A stretch of 64,000 nucleotides of DNA from Bacilli bacterium (GCA_017411715.1 JAFQPO010000014.1:6161-70160); one strand, 5' to 3'; numbered from the stretch's first letter, positions 10,338 to 21,591 are shown. Notes: generated by a model not told the origin, from the sequence alone. Translations and numbers: made by a program.

Positions 10338-12437
10338 ATGGAAAAAAGAATAATTGAATATTTAACAAAATCTGATCTCATTAAACATGATGCTCGTGAT
10401 ATTGCAGAAGGAATCCAAGCAACAACTAGTAGTGAATTTACGGAATTTTCTAAATGTTTGAATAAATTAGAAAATAGACGAATTTTGATTCGTGATAAAA
10501 ATAATCAATTTTCTTTGTTTGATAGGGTTAATTTTACTGAAGGTAAAATTGTTATTAAAGATAAAGGTTTTGGATTTGTTACGAGTTCATTATATGATGA
10601 AGATATTTTTATACCTAAAGGGTATACTTTAACTGCTGTCAGTGGAGATATTGTATTAATAGAAGTAGAAAAATCTCATAAAGGTTTTGAAGGAATTGTT
10701 CAAAAAATAATTAAAAGAGCATATCAATATATTTATGGTACAATTAAAAAAGAAAAAAACTACTTATTTGTATCATGCGATGATTCAAAAATTAATGTTA
10801 TTGTCAAACTAAGTGAAAAAGAATCAAAAAAATATAAAATAGGTGATAAAGTTAAAGCTAAAATTACTAGATACGATTCTAGTGGCTATTGTCATGGGGA
10901 AGTAGTCGAACTAATTGGTAAAAAAGATGATCCGTTTATGGATATTACTATGCTAGTGAATCAATCTGGATTACGTCAAGATTTTTTAGATGAAACCATT
11001 AGATGTGCTAATTCTTTACCAACCGAAGTAGAATTAGAAGAAGTCAAAACTAGAAAAGATATAAGAGATAAATTAATTGTTACTATTGATGGTGCTGATG
11101 CGAAAGACTTTGATGACGCAATAAACGTGGAAAAACTTAATAATGGTAATTATTTATTAGGTGTTTATATCGCAGATGTTAGTCATTATGTAACTCCAAG
11201 TTCACCACTTGATAGTGAAGCATATGATAGATCATTTAGTATATATTTACCTGATCGCGTTATTCCAATGTTGCCTGAAAAATTATCTAATGGACTTTGT
11301 TCATTAAGACCTAATGAAGATCGTTTGGTATTAGCATGTGAAATGGAAATTAATCAAAAAGGCGAGGTAGTGGCCCATGATATTTTTGAAGCGACAATCA
11401 AAAGTAAGGCTCGTTTGATATATCATGAAGTTAACGAATTTTTAGAAGGTAAAAAAACATATAATAAAGATATCGAAGATATGTTAATAAAAGCTAATGA
11501 ATTAGCTAAAATTTTAAATGATAATCGTAAAAATAGAGGATCGCTTGATTTTGAAGTTAAAGAATCAAAAATCACTTTAGATGATAGAGGTAGAACAATA
11601 GATGTCTCTTACTTTGAACGTGGTGAAAGTGAACAAATGATTGAAGAATTTATGTTAAAAGCGAATGAAACAGTAGCTGAAGTTATGAGCTATTTGGAAG
11701 TGCCTTTTATTTACCGCGTTCATGACGAACCAAAAAGCGATAGATTACACATCTTTACAAATATTGCGAGATTATTAGGTTACAAAATTCCTAGAAAGGG
11801 AGTTAATATACATCCTAAGCAATTACAAACATTGTTAATAGATTCTAAAAATAACTCGTATGGCACAATTATTCATAATTTATTGTTAAGATGTCAAGCA
11901 AAGGCTAGATATAGTGATACAAATATTGGTCATTATGGTCTTGCGAGTACTTGTTATACTCATTTTACATCACCAATTAGAAGATATTCTGATTTAATTG
12001 TTCATAGATTAGTCAAAGAATATTATTTACAAAAGGATGCAAATGATATAAATAATGAAGAAGTAGTAGCCTACGTTTCAGAAAAAACTACAGAAACTGA
12101 AAGAGCTATTAAAGAATTAGAAAGAAATGTTGAAGATATGAAAAAGGCAGAATTTATGATGCATCATATAGGAGAAACATTTCAAGGTGTAATTACATCG
12201 GTTGTGAAATGGGGATTTTATGTTCAACTATCTAATACTGTTGAGGGGTTAGTTCACCATTCTACGTTTAATTTTAATGATTACGAATTTGATGAAGATG
12301 CTTTAATGTGGTATTCTCACAAAAAAAATAAACTATACCGCATCGGCGATATAGTTGAGGTTACTGTTGTTAGAGCTAGTAAGTTTTTAAGGGAAATTGA
12401 TTTTATTATAAAGGAAAAAGATAATGAAAAAAAATAA
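10338..12437 (+). CDS. rnr: ribonuclease R
   Basis: RNB-domain motifs (DFDDAI, HYGLAS..YTHFTSPIRRYSDL) and a C-terminal S1 domain. Confidence 0.9.
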   Translation: MEKRIIEYLTKSDLIKHDARDIAEGIQATTSSEFTEFSKCLNKLENRRILIRDKNNQFSLFDRVNFTEGKIVIKDKGFGFVTSSLYDEDIFIPKGYTLTAVSGDIVLIEVEKSHKGFEGIVQKIIKRAYQYIYGTIKKEKNYLFVSCDDSKINVIVKLSEKESKKYKIGDKVKAKITRYDSSGYCHGEVVELIGKKDDPFMDITMLVNQSGLRQDFLDETIRCANSLPTEVELEEVKTRKDIRDKLIVTIDGADAKDFDDAINVEKLNNGNYLLGVYIADVSHYVTPSSPLDSEAYDRSFSIYLPDRVIPMLPEKLSNGLCSLRPNEDRLVLACEMEINQKGEVVAHDIFEATIKSKARLIYHEVNEFLEGKKTYNKDIEDMLIKANELAKILNDNRKNRGSLDFEVKESKITLDDRGRTIDVSYFERGESEQMIEEFMLKANETVAEVMSYLEVPFIYRVHDEPKSDRLHIFTNIARLLGYKIPRKGVNIHPKQLQTLLIDSKNNSYGTIIHNLLLRCQAKARYSDTNIGHYGLASTCYTHFTSPIRRYSDLIVHRLVKEYYLQKDANDINNEEVVAYVSEKTTETERAIKELERNVEDMKKAEFMMHHIGETFQGVITSVVKWGFYVQLSNTVEGLVHHSTFNFNDYEFDEDALMWYSHKKNKLYRIGDIVEVTVVRASKFLREIDFIIKEKDNEKK

Positions 12438-12879
12438 TGAGAGAATAGTATGTCAAAACAAAAGAGCATATCATGATTACTATGTGGAAGATATTTATGA
12501 ATGTGGAATTGCTTTAACAGGAACAGAAATTAAATCTGTTAGACTAGGCAAAGTGAGTTTACAAGAAGCCTATTGTCAAGTTAAAAATAATGAAATGTTA
12601 ATTTATGGTATGCATATTGCAAAATACGAACAAGGTAATATTTTTAATCATGATCCTTTAAGAACTAGAGTGTTATTACTACACAAACGAGAAATTATTA
12701 AGTTGAGTAATTTTGTAGCAAGAGATGGTTATACTTTAATACCATTGAATGTTCATTTTGATAAAAATAGGGCTAAAGTTGATCTAGGGCTCTGTCGAGG
12801 TAAAAAACTATACGATAAGAAAGAAGTACTAAAAGAAAAAGATATCAAACGTAGTATGGAAAAAGATGTTAATTATTAA
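12424..12879 (+). CDS. smpB: SsrA-binding protein SmpB
   Basis: NKRAYHDY...GIALTGTEIKS signature. Confidence 0.9.
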   Translation: MKKNNERIVCQNKRAYHDYYVEDIYECGIALTGTEIKSVRLGKVSLQEAYCQVKNNEMLIYGMHIAKYEQGNIFNHDPLRTRVLLLHKREIIKLSNFVARDGYTLIPLNVHFDKNRAKVDLGLCRGKKLYDKKEVLKEKDIKRSMEKDVNY

Positions 12880-13174
12880 TTTTCTTTTCTAAAATGCGAA
12901 TCTTTTCTTCAAGTTCTTGTATTTTACATAAAAGCGTAGTGTTGTCACTTGTATCATTGTTAGATGATATAGTTTCTTCTTGTGCGTTAAAAGTCAAAAG
13001 GATTTGACCGACTAATTCAAGCCAATTTCCTAATGAGTTTTGTTCGTTAATATTTAAACCAAGTGATAAAATGTAACCAACTAGAGTTCCAACTGTCACA
13101 AATTGAAATGAGGATAAACTATTAATTAGACAAGCAAAATTTTTGAAATATGCTGTAGAATCTTGTTCGTTCAA
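12869..13174 (-). CDS. hypothetical small protein with coiled-coil C-terminus
   Basis: ORF only; convergent with smpB, 3' ends overlap by 11 nt. Confidence 0.3.
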   Translation of the reverse strand: MNEQDSTAYFKNFACLINSLSSFQFVTVGTLVGYILSLGLNINEQNSLGNWLELVGQILLTFNAQEETISSNNDTSDNTTLLCKIQELEEKIRILEKKINN

Positions 13175-13220
13175 ATTACCACCTCATTTAAATTATATTT
13201 AATTATAGGGAGAATATGTA

Positions 13221-13730
13221 ATGAAAGTTTTAAAAAAACAAACTAATTCATCTGATTGTATTGTATGTGGTATGAATAATGAATTAGGTTTAAAAGTACA
13301 ATTTTATGAGATGGAAAATGGATATTTAGTGGGTTGTTTTAAAGGCATTAATGAACATCAAAGCTTTCCAGGTCGAATGCATGGTGGTGTAATATCAGCT
13401 ATTTTGGATGAGGGAATTGGCCGAGCTATTTGGTCTTTTGAACCTAACACATGGGGAGTTACTACGCATTTAAATGTAAAATACCGAAAACCTGTCCCTT
13501 TAAATGAAGAATTAATGTTAATTTCTAAAATAAATGAAAACAAAAAACGATTATTTGAAGGTAGTGGCATTATAGTAAATAAAGAACATCAAATATTAGC
13601 AGAAGCAACAGCAATATTTTTTAAAATGCCACTTGATAAAATTGCTACTGAGAATATCGAACATGATAAAATTGACAAATTATATCCCGATAATGTTAAT
13701 GAAATCGACATAGATGATATAATATTGTAG
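13221..13730 (+). CDS. hotdog-fold acyl-CoA thioesterase (PaaI/YbgC-like)
   Basis: MHGGVISAILDEGIGRA motif. Confidence 0.65.
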   Translation: MKVLKKQTNSSDCIVCGMNNELGLKVQFYEMENGYLVGCFKGINEHQSFPGRMHGGVISAILDEGIGRAIWSFEPNTWGVTTHLNVKYRKPVPLNEELMLISKINENKKRLFEGSGIIVNKEHQILAEATAIFFKMPLDKIATENIEHDKIDKLYPDNVNEIDIDDIIL

Positions 13731-13785
13731 ATAAAAACGGAAAAATTTGATATAATAAATTGTATTTCAATTTACTATATCACAT

Positions 13786-13872
13786 GCGGTTGTGGCGAAA
13801 CTGGTAGACGCGCTACTTTGAGGGGGTAGTGTCTGCAAAGACATGTCGGTTCGAGTCCGATCAACCGCACCA
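13786..13872 (+). tRNA. tRNA-Leu (anticodon GAG), class II with long variable arm, CCA encoded
   Basis: Cloverleaf read manually: acceptor GCGGTTG/CAACCGC, anticodon loop TTGAGGG, T-loop GGTTCGAGTCC. Confidence 0.85.
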
Positions 13873-13994
13873 TTAGATTTGGTCAATAAGTCTTTTTTAA
13901 ATATAATTAAATAAGAGATTTATTGTGTAAATATAGTCCGAAAGGGCTATTTTTTTTATTTTCAGAGCAAAAATATCCTGAAAGATGGTAGGAG

Positions 13995-14090
13995 CTAGTG
14001 GGGATTCGAATAGGGGAGTTGTTCGGACTCGAACTAATTAAAGTATTTTGCATTAGTGGGGACTCGAACCTATAAGAGATAATGGTGGAA
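13995..14090. repeat. family-1 module, partial copy A: degenerate array of tRNA-3'-like units followed by TATAAGAGATAATGGTGG
   Basis: GGGGATTCGAAT / GGACTCGAAC / GGGGACTCGAACC, then the conserved ATAAGAGATAATGGTGGAAAT tail. Confidence 0.6.
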
Positions 14091-14230
14091 ATAAAATTAG
14101 TTTTAGTATATAATATAATTAACTCAACGCTCCGTTGATACGAGGTGTCTTTTTAGTCGCTTCACTTCTATATATTTACTTGATATAATGTTTGTGTAAG
14201 CTTACTAAAAATATATAAGGAGGAATTAAA

Positions 14231-15361
14231 ATGTTAAGAACAGTAGGTTCAACAATTAGAGAGTTAAGAAAGAATAAGAATTTAACTCAAGAAGAATTAG
14301 CAGAAGCTATTAATGTTACACCACAAGCAATTTCAAAGTGGGAGAATAATATTGGTTTGCCAGATATTTCGCAAATAATACCATTAGCAACATTCTTTGG
14401 AGTAAGTACAGATATTATATTAGGAATTGCAGAAAATAATAGAAATGAAGAGATTAAAGAAATTCTAAATGCATGTAATGAAAGAAAACTTAAAAAGGAT
14501 GATATTAATAGCTGGTTGTTAATTCAAGAAACTATAAAGAAATATCCATCTAATTTGGATTTATTGCAAGAAAGTATAGAATATGGGATAGCACTTTCTT
14601 ATAAAGGAAATTATTGTTATAATGAAGAATATGCTGAAAGAATATATAAAGAAACAACTAGACAAGCAGAATTAATTATTAAATATTCAAGTAATGCTAC
14701 TAATATCTTACGTGCTCATATGATTATGGTAATGTTACATTCCTCATTTGGTGATGCAGAAAGTGCAGTAAAACACGCTAATGAATTTCCATGGCGTGCA
14801 GATATGACAGTTCATGCGATGTGTGCATGGATAAATAAAGCTTTTAATGAATTTGAAATAGAAAAAATTAATCTACAAAGGGATTTAGAACAGCATATGC
14901 ATTCATCAATTAATACTTTAGGACTACTAGGTATATCATATGAAAATACTAAAAATTATGATGAAGCATTAAAAATGTATTTTACAATATTGAATATAAT
15001 TAACGAAGTATTTAAAGAAGATGATTATGTACCGGCTTTATATAGATTAGAAATGGGTAACCTTTATGCCATGATTGCTAGAACGTATTTAGAAATGGAA
15101 AATATTGATGAATGTTTGAATTATTTAGAACAAATGGTTGATGTAGAAATTTATCATAATAAGGTAAAAGTAAAAGAATTTAAAATTAAAAATAAATATT
15201 TAGACAAATCAGGCACATATAATTATGCTTATGCTGATTATCGTGCTTTTGATAAAGATAGTGATGTTTTATGTTCACTTGATCTAGAATGTTTCCATTC
15301 TATTAAGGATAATGAAAAATATAAAGAAATAGTAGATAAAGCAAAAAACCATCTTAAATAA
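14231..15361 (+). CDS. HTH-XRE transcriptional regulator with C-terminal TPR-like domain (RNPP/Rgg-like architecture)
   Basis: N-terminus LTQEELAEAINVTPQAISKWEN; about 300-aa helical C-terminus. Confidence 0.6.
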   Translation: MLRTVGSTIRELRKNKNLTQEELAEAINVTPQAISKWENNIGLPDISQIIPLATFFGVSTDIILGIAENNRNEEIKEILNACNERKLKKDDINSWLLIQETIKKYPSNLDLLQESIEYGIALSYKGNYCYNEEYAERIYKETTRQAELIIKYSSNATNILRAHMIMVMLHSSFGDAESAVKHANEFPWRADMTVHAMCAWINKAFNEFEIEKINLQRDLEQHMHSSINTLGLLGISYENTKNYDEALKMYFTILNIINEVFKEDDYVPALYRLEMGNLYAMIARTYLEMENIDECLNYLEQMVDVEIYHNKVKVKEFKIKNKYLDKSGTYNYAYADYRAFDKDSDVLCSLDLECFHSIKDNEKYKEIVDKAKNHLK

Positions 15362-15435
15362 ATAATAAAATAATTTAGAAAAACACTTCACTTTTTTAAA
15401 GTTTTGTTACTATATTAATGAAAGGAGATATCATT

Positions 15436-16992
15436 ATGCAAAATAAAGAACAATTAAAAGAATTAATAGCTAATGAATATTTAAATAGATTCTTAACATT
15501 TTACATAAGTAGAACATCATCAATACAAGATGCTGAAGACTTATCACAAAAGGCTGCCTGTGAATGTTTAGATGCACTTAACCGTGTTGATGAAATAAAA
15601 AATGTTAATGCTTATTTTTGGAGTGTTGCTCATAATGTATATAAGAATTATTTAAATAGAAGAGATAATTATATTCTAGATGATGATTATTGTAAAATGC
15701 AAATTGCAGATATTAGTTCTAAAGAAGAAAGTGAAAAACAAGAATTACATAATGATATTAGAAAATCACTAAGTATCCTTTCAGGTTTATATCGTAAGAT
15801 AATAGTAATGTATTATTATCATGAATTAAAAATTAAAGATATTTCAGAACAACTTACTATTAGCCAAGATATGGTTAAGTATTATTTGTCTAATGGTAAG
15901 AAAAAATTAAAGGAGATTTATAATATGAATAAAGAAATCGGTGAAGTAAGTTTTAATCCTAAAGATTTTTCAATTTATTATTCAGGAATTGACTTTGCTA
16001 GTGTTAATGTATGGGAGTTATTTAAAAGAAAGTTGCCTTGTCAAATTGCATTAATATGTTATGCAAAACCTAAAACAGTTAGTGAAATTGCAAGTGTTGT
16101 TGGATGCAGTAGTTGTTTTATAGAAGATGAACTTTCAATTTTATTAAATGCTGGAGTAATTGTTGAAATAGTAAAAGATAAATATCAAACTAATTTTTAC
16201 ATTATTAGCAAAGTTGAACTTGATGTTGTTGATGAGTTATATAAAAAAATGTATGATGAACATACAAAAGAAGTAATTAAAGTTTTTGATGAACATTTTG
16301 AACAAATAAAACAAACAGGAATTTATAACTATAGTGCAACAGTAGATCAATATAAATGGATATTTGCTGATAGAGTAGCAGATATGGATAGAAGAAATAT
16401 GTTTACTAAAGATTCAGATTATCCTAGAATTTTATCGTGTGGTGCAAGAGGACTAGTGTTTGGACTTGAAGCTCCTACTCCAAAAGGAACTTGCGGACAA
16501 ACACCAACATATTTAAACAATCATACATTATGGGCAAGAGATTTATGGATGATAAAAGGTTATAGTTCAAATCAACCTACTTTAAGAGATAAAAGAACAG
16601 CTCAAACAGTTATTGATGTTTATAATGGCATTATTGATGATAACAAAGAAGAGTTATATGCTTATTTAATTAAGAACAATATTTTAGTAAAAGATAGTGG
16701 CATCTTAAAAACAAATATTGCATATTTAAATAAGGAATTTTTAGAATTAATGAAAACTATTAATAAAGAATTATATATTAAATTAGAGAAAAATACTAAT
16801 GAAATTAAAGAGTATATTACTAAAATAGTTAGCAAATCAATACCTAGTAATTTAAAAGACTATATTAATGGATATGTTATTACACTTATGCAGTTCTTTG
16901 CTGGTAATAAGATTATAGAAGCACTTATTGAAAATGGCTTCTTAAATGATAAAATGAAGAATATACAAATAAGCTATTTTATTGATAAGTAA
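15436..16992 (+). CDS. sigma-70-family (ECF-like) protein with about 340-aa C-terminal extension
   Basis: Region 2 (DAEDLSQKAACE) and region 4 HTH (KDISEQLTISQDMVKYYLSNGKKKLKE); ATG with AAAGGAG RBS; paralog of 25133..26770. Confidence 0.6.
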   Translation: MQNKEQLKELIANEYLNRFLTFYISRTSSIQDAEDLSQKAACECLDALNRVDEIKNVNAYFWSVAHNVYKNYLNRRDNYILDDDYCKMQIADISSKEESEKQELHNDIRKSLSILSGLYRKIIVMYYYHELKIKDISEQLTISQDMVKYYLSNGKKKLKEIYNMNKEIGEVSFNPKDFSIYYSGIDFASVNVWELFKRKLPCQIALICYAKPKTVSEIASVVGCSSCFIEDELSILLNAGVIVEIVKDKYQTNFYIISKVELDVVDELYKKMYDEHTKEVIKVFDEHFEQIKQTGIYNYSATVDQYKWIFADRVADMDRRNMFTKDSDYPRILSCGARGLVFGLEAPTPKGTCGQTPTYLNNHTLWARDLWMIKGYSSNQPTLRDKRTAQTVIDVYNGIIDDNKEELYAYLIKNNILVKDSGILKTNIAYLNKEFLELMKTINKELYIKLEKNTNEIKEYITKIVSKSIPSNLKDYINGYVITLMQFFAGNKIIEALIENGFLNDKMKNIQISYFIDK

Positions 16993-17074
16993 AAAAATGC
17001 AACAGCTATATAACCATACTGCAAGATTAGTAGACTAGCAATGTGGCATAAAGCTGTTTTTATTTTATGGATAT

Positions 17075-17124
17075 TGGTGACTGACCACGGACTCGAACCA
17101 ATAAGAGATAATGGTGGAAATATA
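17075..17124. repeat. family-1 module, partial copy B: single tRNA-3'-like unit (TGGTGACTGACCACGGACTCGAACC) plus AATAAGAGATAATGGTGGAAATAT
   Basis: The unit reverse-complement reads GGTTCGAGTCC-GTGGTCAGTC-ACCA, i.e. T-loop plus acceptor plus ACCA; followed by the -10 TGTGGTATAAT at 17134-17144. Confidence 0.6.
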
Positions 17125-17263
17125 GATAAGATTGTGGTATAATGGGATTAATTCTCAAAAAGTGAGAACACATATCCCTTTCTGTGGGGTGGATTTAAAC
17201 ATTATTTAGTATTATAATATTAGTGTAATTGGCCATTACGATACATTAATAAAGGAGAAAATT

Positions 17264-18346
17264 ATGGATTTAGGAAACAATATTAAATTTTATAGAACAC
17301 AAAAAAAGATGACTCAAGAAGAGTTAGCAGAATTACTTGGGACAACATCTAAATCTATTTCAAGATGGGAGCAAAGTTTAACATATCCTGATATTTCATT
17401 ATTGCCTTTTATTGCAAATATTTTTGAAATAACTGTTGATGAACTATTAGGTGTAGAAAAAATTAAACAAGATGAATATGTTAAAGATTTAAAAAACAAG
17501 GCAAATGAGTATCAAAAAAATAACGATTACGATAATGAGTTAATCTTATGGCAAGAGGCATATAAAAAATTGCCTAACAATGAAGAAATCAAAATTTGTT
17601 TAATTTCAATAATGAATACAATTAATATAGTTACAAATAAGGTTAAGTATTCTAGTGAAATAATTAAATTTGCAGAAAGCATTTTAGAAAAATCAACTAA
17701 TAATGTGAACAGAATTTATGCAACACAATGTCTTTTTGATTTGTTCATTCAAATGAATAATTTTGAAATGGCAGAATATTATTTAAAGCAGTTGCCAAGA
17801 AATCTTTCTTTTACATATGACGTAGCAAAAATTAGATATTTAAAAAATGAAGAATTACTTTATGCTATTCAGAAAAACATCGGTGAATTTATAGATGAAA
17901 TTATTAGAGAATCAGAAAAGATAATCAGAAATAATAACACCAATTTAACGGATGAATATAAAAAAGAATATCTTGAAAGATTAATTAAAATTGAAGAGTT
18001 AGTTTTTGTTAAAGATAATGATTATGGTTATAATGCAATATCAATTATTTTTGACTATATTGAATTGACAAAATTAGAGATTAGAACTACAAATAATAAA
18101 AATAAGGTACTATCATATTTTAAAGAAATGATCTATCCTTTAGAATATATTATTAATTTTAAACCACATAATATATTATCGCCTTTTATGAATAAAGTTC
18201 GATGCGAATTTATTGGAGGCTATAGTAATGCATCTATAGATTTAAAGAAACGCATAATTAAAGAACTTGATAATAATGTATTTGAAAAATATCGTTTTAC
18301 TGATGAATATAAAGAATTAATTTATCAAGTAAATGAATTAAAATAA
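17264..18346 (+). CDS. HTH-XRE transcriptional regulator with TPR-like C-terminal domain
   Basis: MTQEELAELLGTTSKSISRWEQ plus a helical repeat C-terminus. Confidence 0.6.
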   Translation: MDLGNNIKFYRTQKKMTQEELAELLGTTSKSISRWEQSLTYPDISLLPFIANIFEITVDELLGVEKIKQDEYVKDLKNKANEYQKNNDYDNELILWQEAYKKLPNNEEIKICLISIMNTINIVTNKVKYSSEIIKFAESILEKSTNNVNRIYATQCLFDLFIQMNNFEMAEYYLKQLPRNLSFTYDVAKIRYLKNEELLYAIQKNIGEFIDEIIRESEKIIRNNNTNLTDEYKKEYLERLIKIEELVFVKDNDYGYNAISIIFDYIELTKLEIRTTNNKNKVLSYFKEMIYPLEYIINFKPHNILSPFMNKVRCEFIGGYSNASIDLKKRIIKELDNNVFEKYRFTDEYKELIYQVNELK

Positions 18347-18356
18347 AAGGATAAGG

Positions 18357-19163
18357 GTGAAATATATGAAAAAGTATTTTAGTGAAAAATTAAGAATTAA
18401 TCCTATAGAAATAAAAGATAAAGTATATTATTATGGTTCAGAGGATGAGGGAGATCAATTTGGTAAAGAACAATTACAAGAATGGATTAATTCAGGGTGG
18501 TTGTTAAGTAATTGGAATCTAAAAATTAATAAAGGAGAAAGTGACGCATTTACAACTCTTGCGAAAAAAGTAGTAGAAATTAATTTACCATATGTCGAAA
18601 TTGCTTGTGGACCAGGATTAGGACTAACCCCATGTATAAAAAAACAAAATCCATCTTTAGAAGCGTTGATATCAGATGCATGCCCATATGTTGTTGAAGG
18701 GTGGAAAGAAGTAATTAGAAAAAATAATCTTACTTCAAATATAAGTTATGCTTCATTCAGCAATACTAATATGCCTTTTAAAGATAATTCCATTGAAGTT
18801 ATAACATCGTATGTTGGAATTGGATCAACAAGATTCAATGGTGAAAATGGCATGAGTGCGATAAACGAAATTTATCGAGTTTTAAATAAAGGTGGATATT
18901 TAATCACTATTGAAAATGAAATAAGTGATTACAAAATAGTAGATGACATATTTAGTGAGGCCAATAGATTTAATTATTATAAACAATTCGAAAATTATGA
19001 AAGTATAGTTGACCGATTAACTAGAGCAGGTTTTACAATAAGTGAGTTAACATTTCTCGGTAAGAAAAAAGTAACTGAAGATGATAATGAGTTAGGAGAA
19101 CTTTCGAAAGAACAAAAGAAAGATGTTTATTGGAACGTATATGCCATTATTGCGAAAAAATAG
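18357..19163 (+). CDS. class I SAM-dependent methyltransferase
   Basis: Motif I VEIACGPGLG; Rossmann-like pattern. Confidence 0.55.
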   Translation: MKYMKKYFSEKLRINPIEIKDKVYYYGSEDEGDQFGKEQLQEWINSGWLLSNWNLKINKGESDAFTTLAKKVVEINLPYVEIACGPGLGLTPCIKKQNPSLEALISDACPYVVEGWKEVIRKNNLTSNISYASFSNTNMPFKDNSIEVITSYVGIGSTRFNGENGMSAINEIYRVLNKGGYLITIENEISDYKIVDDIFSEANRFNYYKQFENYESIVDRLTRAGFTISELTFLGKKKVTEDDNELGELSKEQKKDVYWNVYAIIAKK

Positions 19164-19175
19164 GAGAAATAGATT

Positions 19176-20897
19176 ATGAAAAAGTATTTATTTGTATTTT
19201 TAATTTTGTTGTTATTAACTGGTTGTAATGTTCAAAATAGTCATTCTCATAATCAATGTCCAGAATGTAGCAAATGTATATCTGAAGATTGTAATGGTAC
19301 TGAAAATGAAAAATGTCAAGGACACCAACTAGTACATACACATACTGAATGTCAAGAATGTGGCAAATGTATTGCAGAAGATTGTGATGGAGCAGAAGAA
19401 CTAAAGTGTAGTGGTCACGAACATCATATATATAAATTAACAATAATTGATGAAGATAATTTAATTTATGATAAGCCTACTGAAACAAGTTGTGAATCAG
19501 ATACTAAAATTGTGATGCACTCTCACCCAATAATAGATGCTGATTTAGCAATGTATATAAATGGTGAGTTTCATTCTATTCAAAATACAATAATGGTAAA
19601 CGATGAAACTGTTTGGGAATATTCATTTATAATGCCAGAAAGAGATACTACTATTGAATTTAAGACTCAAACATTAGAATATTTTGATGTAAAAACTGTT
19701 CTTGGTATTCCCTCATTAACAAGAGAAGATATTTTAAGAATAATTTATCATACTATTAATTTAAGTAGCGAACCCATACCGGGTAGTTTAAGAATAGTAA
19801 TTAGTACTACAGATTATGAAGATATTACTTATATGTTATGTTTTTTAGATGCAAATGTGGTTGAAGATAGAAGTAATAATTGGCAAGAGGATGCTGGTAG
19901 TTGTGAGAAGTATTCAATTTGTACAATTGATAAAAAATACGATTTTGAAATAATTAATGGATATATATCAGTTAATAATAAACACTATAAACTTCTAGGG
20001 TATGGACCTGGCATGAGTTATGGAATTATTACTTCTGCTTTTAATACTAATTTAGATTCATATGAGGCATATACATTAGATGGCACAAAAATTGGTGATT
20101 TTAATGGTTTATCTGAATTTGAGTTTTATGAAATTAAGGCTCCTTTAACAGGTGTAGATGATTATGGATATTTAGAAACTGAGTTTGGAAGAATTTATAT
20201 TCACGATTCAAAGACATTTTACATCAAAGATGGCGAAAACTATACTTACTATAAATTAATTTGGGAATGGGAAAAAGACTTTAGCGATATATTTAACAAA
20301 CACACACATACCGAATGTGAAGAATGTGGAAAATGTATAGCAGAAGATTGTAATGGAACTGAAAATGAAAAATGTCAAGGCCATCTTATTATTACTGATG
20401 CAATACCAGTACCTATTACAAGTATTACTTTCAATAATGGAAATGAATTAGAAGAATTTATAAAAAATCATGAAAACTTTAATAAATGGGTCTACATGAA
20501 TGAAATTATTAAAAATAATGAAACTATAAATGTTTATAATAAAAGCTATAGTTTTAATTATGATGAAGAAAAAGATGGCAAATATATTAATCCATATCTT
20601 ACAATAAGTTTCGCATTATATAGTGAAGTATTAGGAACAGATACTGGAGATGACGATGTTTTATATCATTCTATTTCATTTTTAATTAATATTAGACCTA
20701 ATGATTTAAAAGATAACATTAGTTATAAATTTTGCAAATATAGTAATAATAAAAATATGTACAATAACGTAGTGCTTATTTACAGTGGAGATAATGTTAT
20801 TGGAGAGGCATATTATTACACAAAGCTAGATGTTACTAAAAACTGGATAATTGAATTTTTAAATGAAAACTTATTAATGCCAATTAAAATAAAATAA
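19176..20897 (+). CDS. lipoprotein with three Cys-rich repeats (CxxCxKCIxEDCxGxExxKCxGH)
   Basis: Lipobox LLLTGC. Repeats at aa 28-52, 59-82 and 383-406 are near-identical at the DNA level; no recognised domain. Confidence 0.6.
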   Translation: MKKYLFVFLILLLLTGCNVQNSHSHNQCPECSKCISEDCNGTENEKCQGHQLVHTHTECQECGKCIAEDCDGAEELKCSGHEHHIYKLTIIDEDNLIYDKPTETSCESDTKIVMHSHPIIDADLAMYINGEFHSIQNTIMVNDETVWEYSFIMPERDTTIEFKTQTLEYFDVKTVLGIPSLTREDILRIIYHTINLSSEPIPGSLRIVISTTDYEDITYMLCFLDANVVEDRSNNWQEDAGSCEKYSICTIDKKYDFEIINGYISVNNKHYKLLGYGPGMSYGIITSAFNTNLDSYEAYTLDGTKIGDFNGLSEFEFYEIKAPLTGVDDYGYLETEFGRIYIHDSKTFYIKDGENYTYYKLIWEWEKDFSDIFNKHTHTECEECGKCIAEDCNGTENEKCQGHLIITDAIPVPITSITFNNGNELEEFIKNHENFNKWVYMNEIIKNNETINVYNKSYSFNYDEEKDGKYINPYLTISFALYSEVLGTDTGDDDVLYHSISFLINIRPNDLKDNISYKFCKYSNNKNMYNNVVLIYSGDNVIGEAYYYTKLDVTKNWIIEFLNENLLMPIKIK

Positions 20898-20899
20898 AT

Positions 20900-20973
20900 C
20901 AATCAAGCCAGTTAACAACAAAAACGTTAGCTGGCTTTTTAAATAGTAGAAATAAGTGAGGAAATGTGGTATA
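20900..20973 (+). repeat. family-2 terminator/promoter cassette, copy 1
   Basis: GCCAGTTAAC..GTTAGCTGGC hairpin plus TTTTTAAATAGTAGAAATAAGTGAGGAAATGTGGTATAAT. Confidence 0.75.
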
Positions 20974-21055
20974 ATTGATAATATTAAGGGATGAAACCAA
21001 TTGTTGCATTGACTAACTAATACTTAGTGAGTATAATGGTGGTAGAGGTGATAAA

Positions 21056-21577
21056 ATGAATAATAGAATAAAACAATTTAGATTAAAGAATAAACTTACT
21101 CAACAACAGTTGGCAGATTTAATGGATGTTACTCGCCAAGCTGTTACAAGATGGGAAAGTGGTACAGTTGAACCATCAACTGAAAACTTAATTTCACTTG
21201 CACAAATATTTGACTGTAGTGTAGATGAATTAATATGCAATGATTTAATAACTCCAAAAGAGAAAATGGTCATTAAAGAGGTATTAGTTAAAGAAGAAAA
21301 GAAACCATCTTTTTGGAGTATAAATAAAGCAAACATATTTTTATACATTATTAGTGCTATTGCATTTATAACATACTTAGTATTAAGATTTACTACAAAT
21401 TATTCAATAACTGTAGTTGCAGTTGTACTATTTCCAATAATCATTATTTCGACTATAATAAGTTTAATATGTAATATTGATGAAATAAAAGATAAAGTAA
21501 ATTTTAAAAAGTTTATACTACCGCCAATATTAATTATAGTTGGCTTTATATTTTTGGGTATTTTATTGGAGTTTTAA
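21056..21577 (+). CDS. membrane-anchored HTH-XRE regulator
   Basis: N-terminal HTH (LTQQQLADLMDVTRQAVTRWE) plus three C-terminal TM helices. Confidence 0.6.
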   Translation: MNNRIKQFRLKNKLTQQQLADLMDVTRQAVTRWESGTVEPSTENLISLAQIFDCSVDELICNDLITPKEKMVIKEVLVKEEKKPSFWSINKANIFLYIISAIAFITYLVLRFTTNYSITVVAVVLFPIIIISTIISLICNIDEIKDKVNFKKFILPPILIIVGFIFLGILLEF

Positions 21578-21591
21578 AGGGAAGACAGTAT

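Noticed and set aside
13740-13990. Expected tmRNA (ssrA) immediately downstream of smpB
   Set aside because: The only structured RNA gene here folds as a canonical class II tRNA-Leu(GAG) with an anticodon stem. No tmRNA-like reading frame or pseudoknots were seen.
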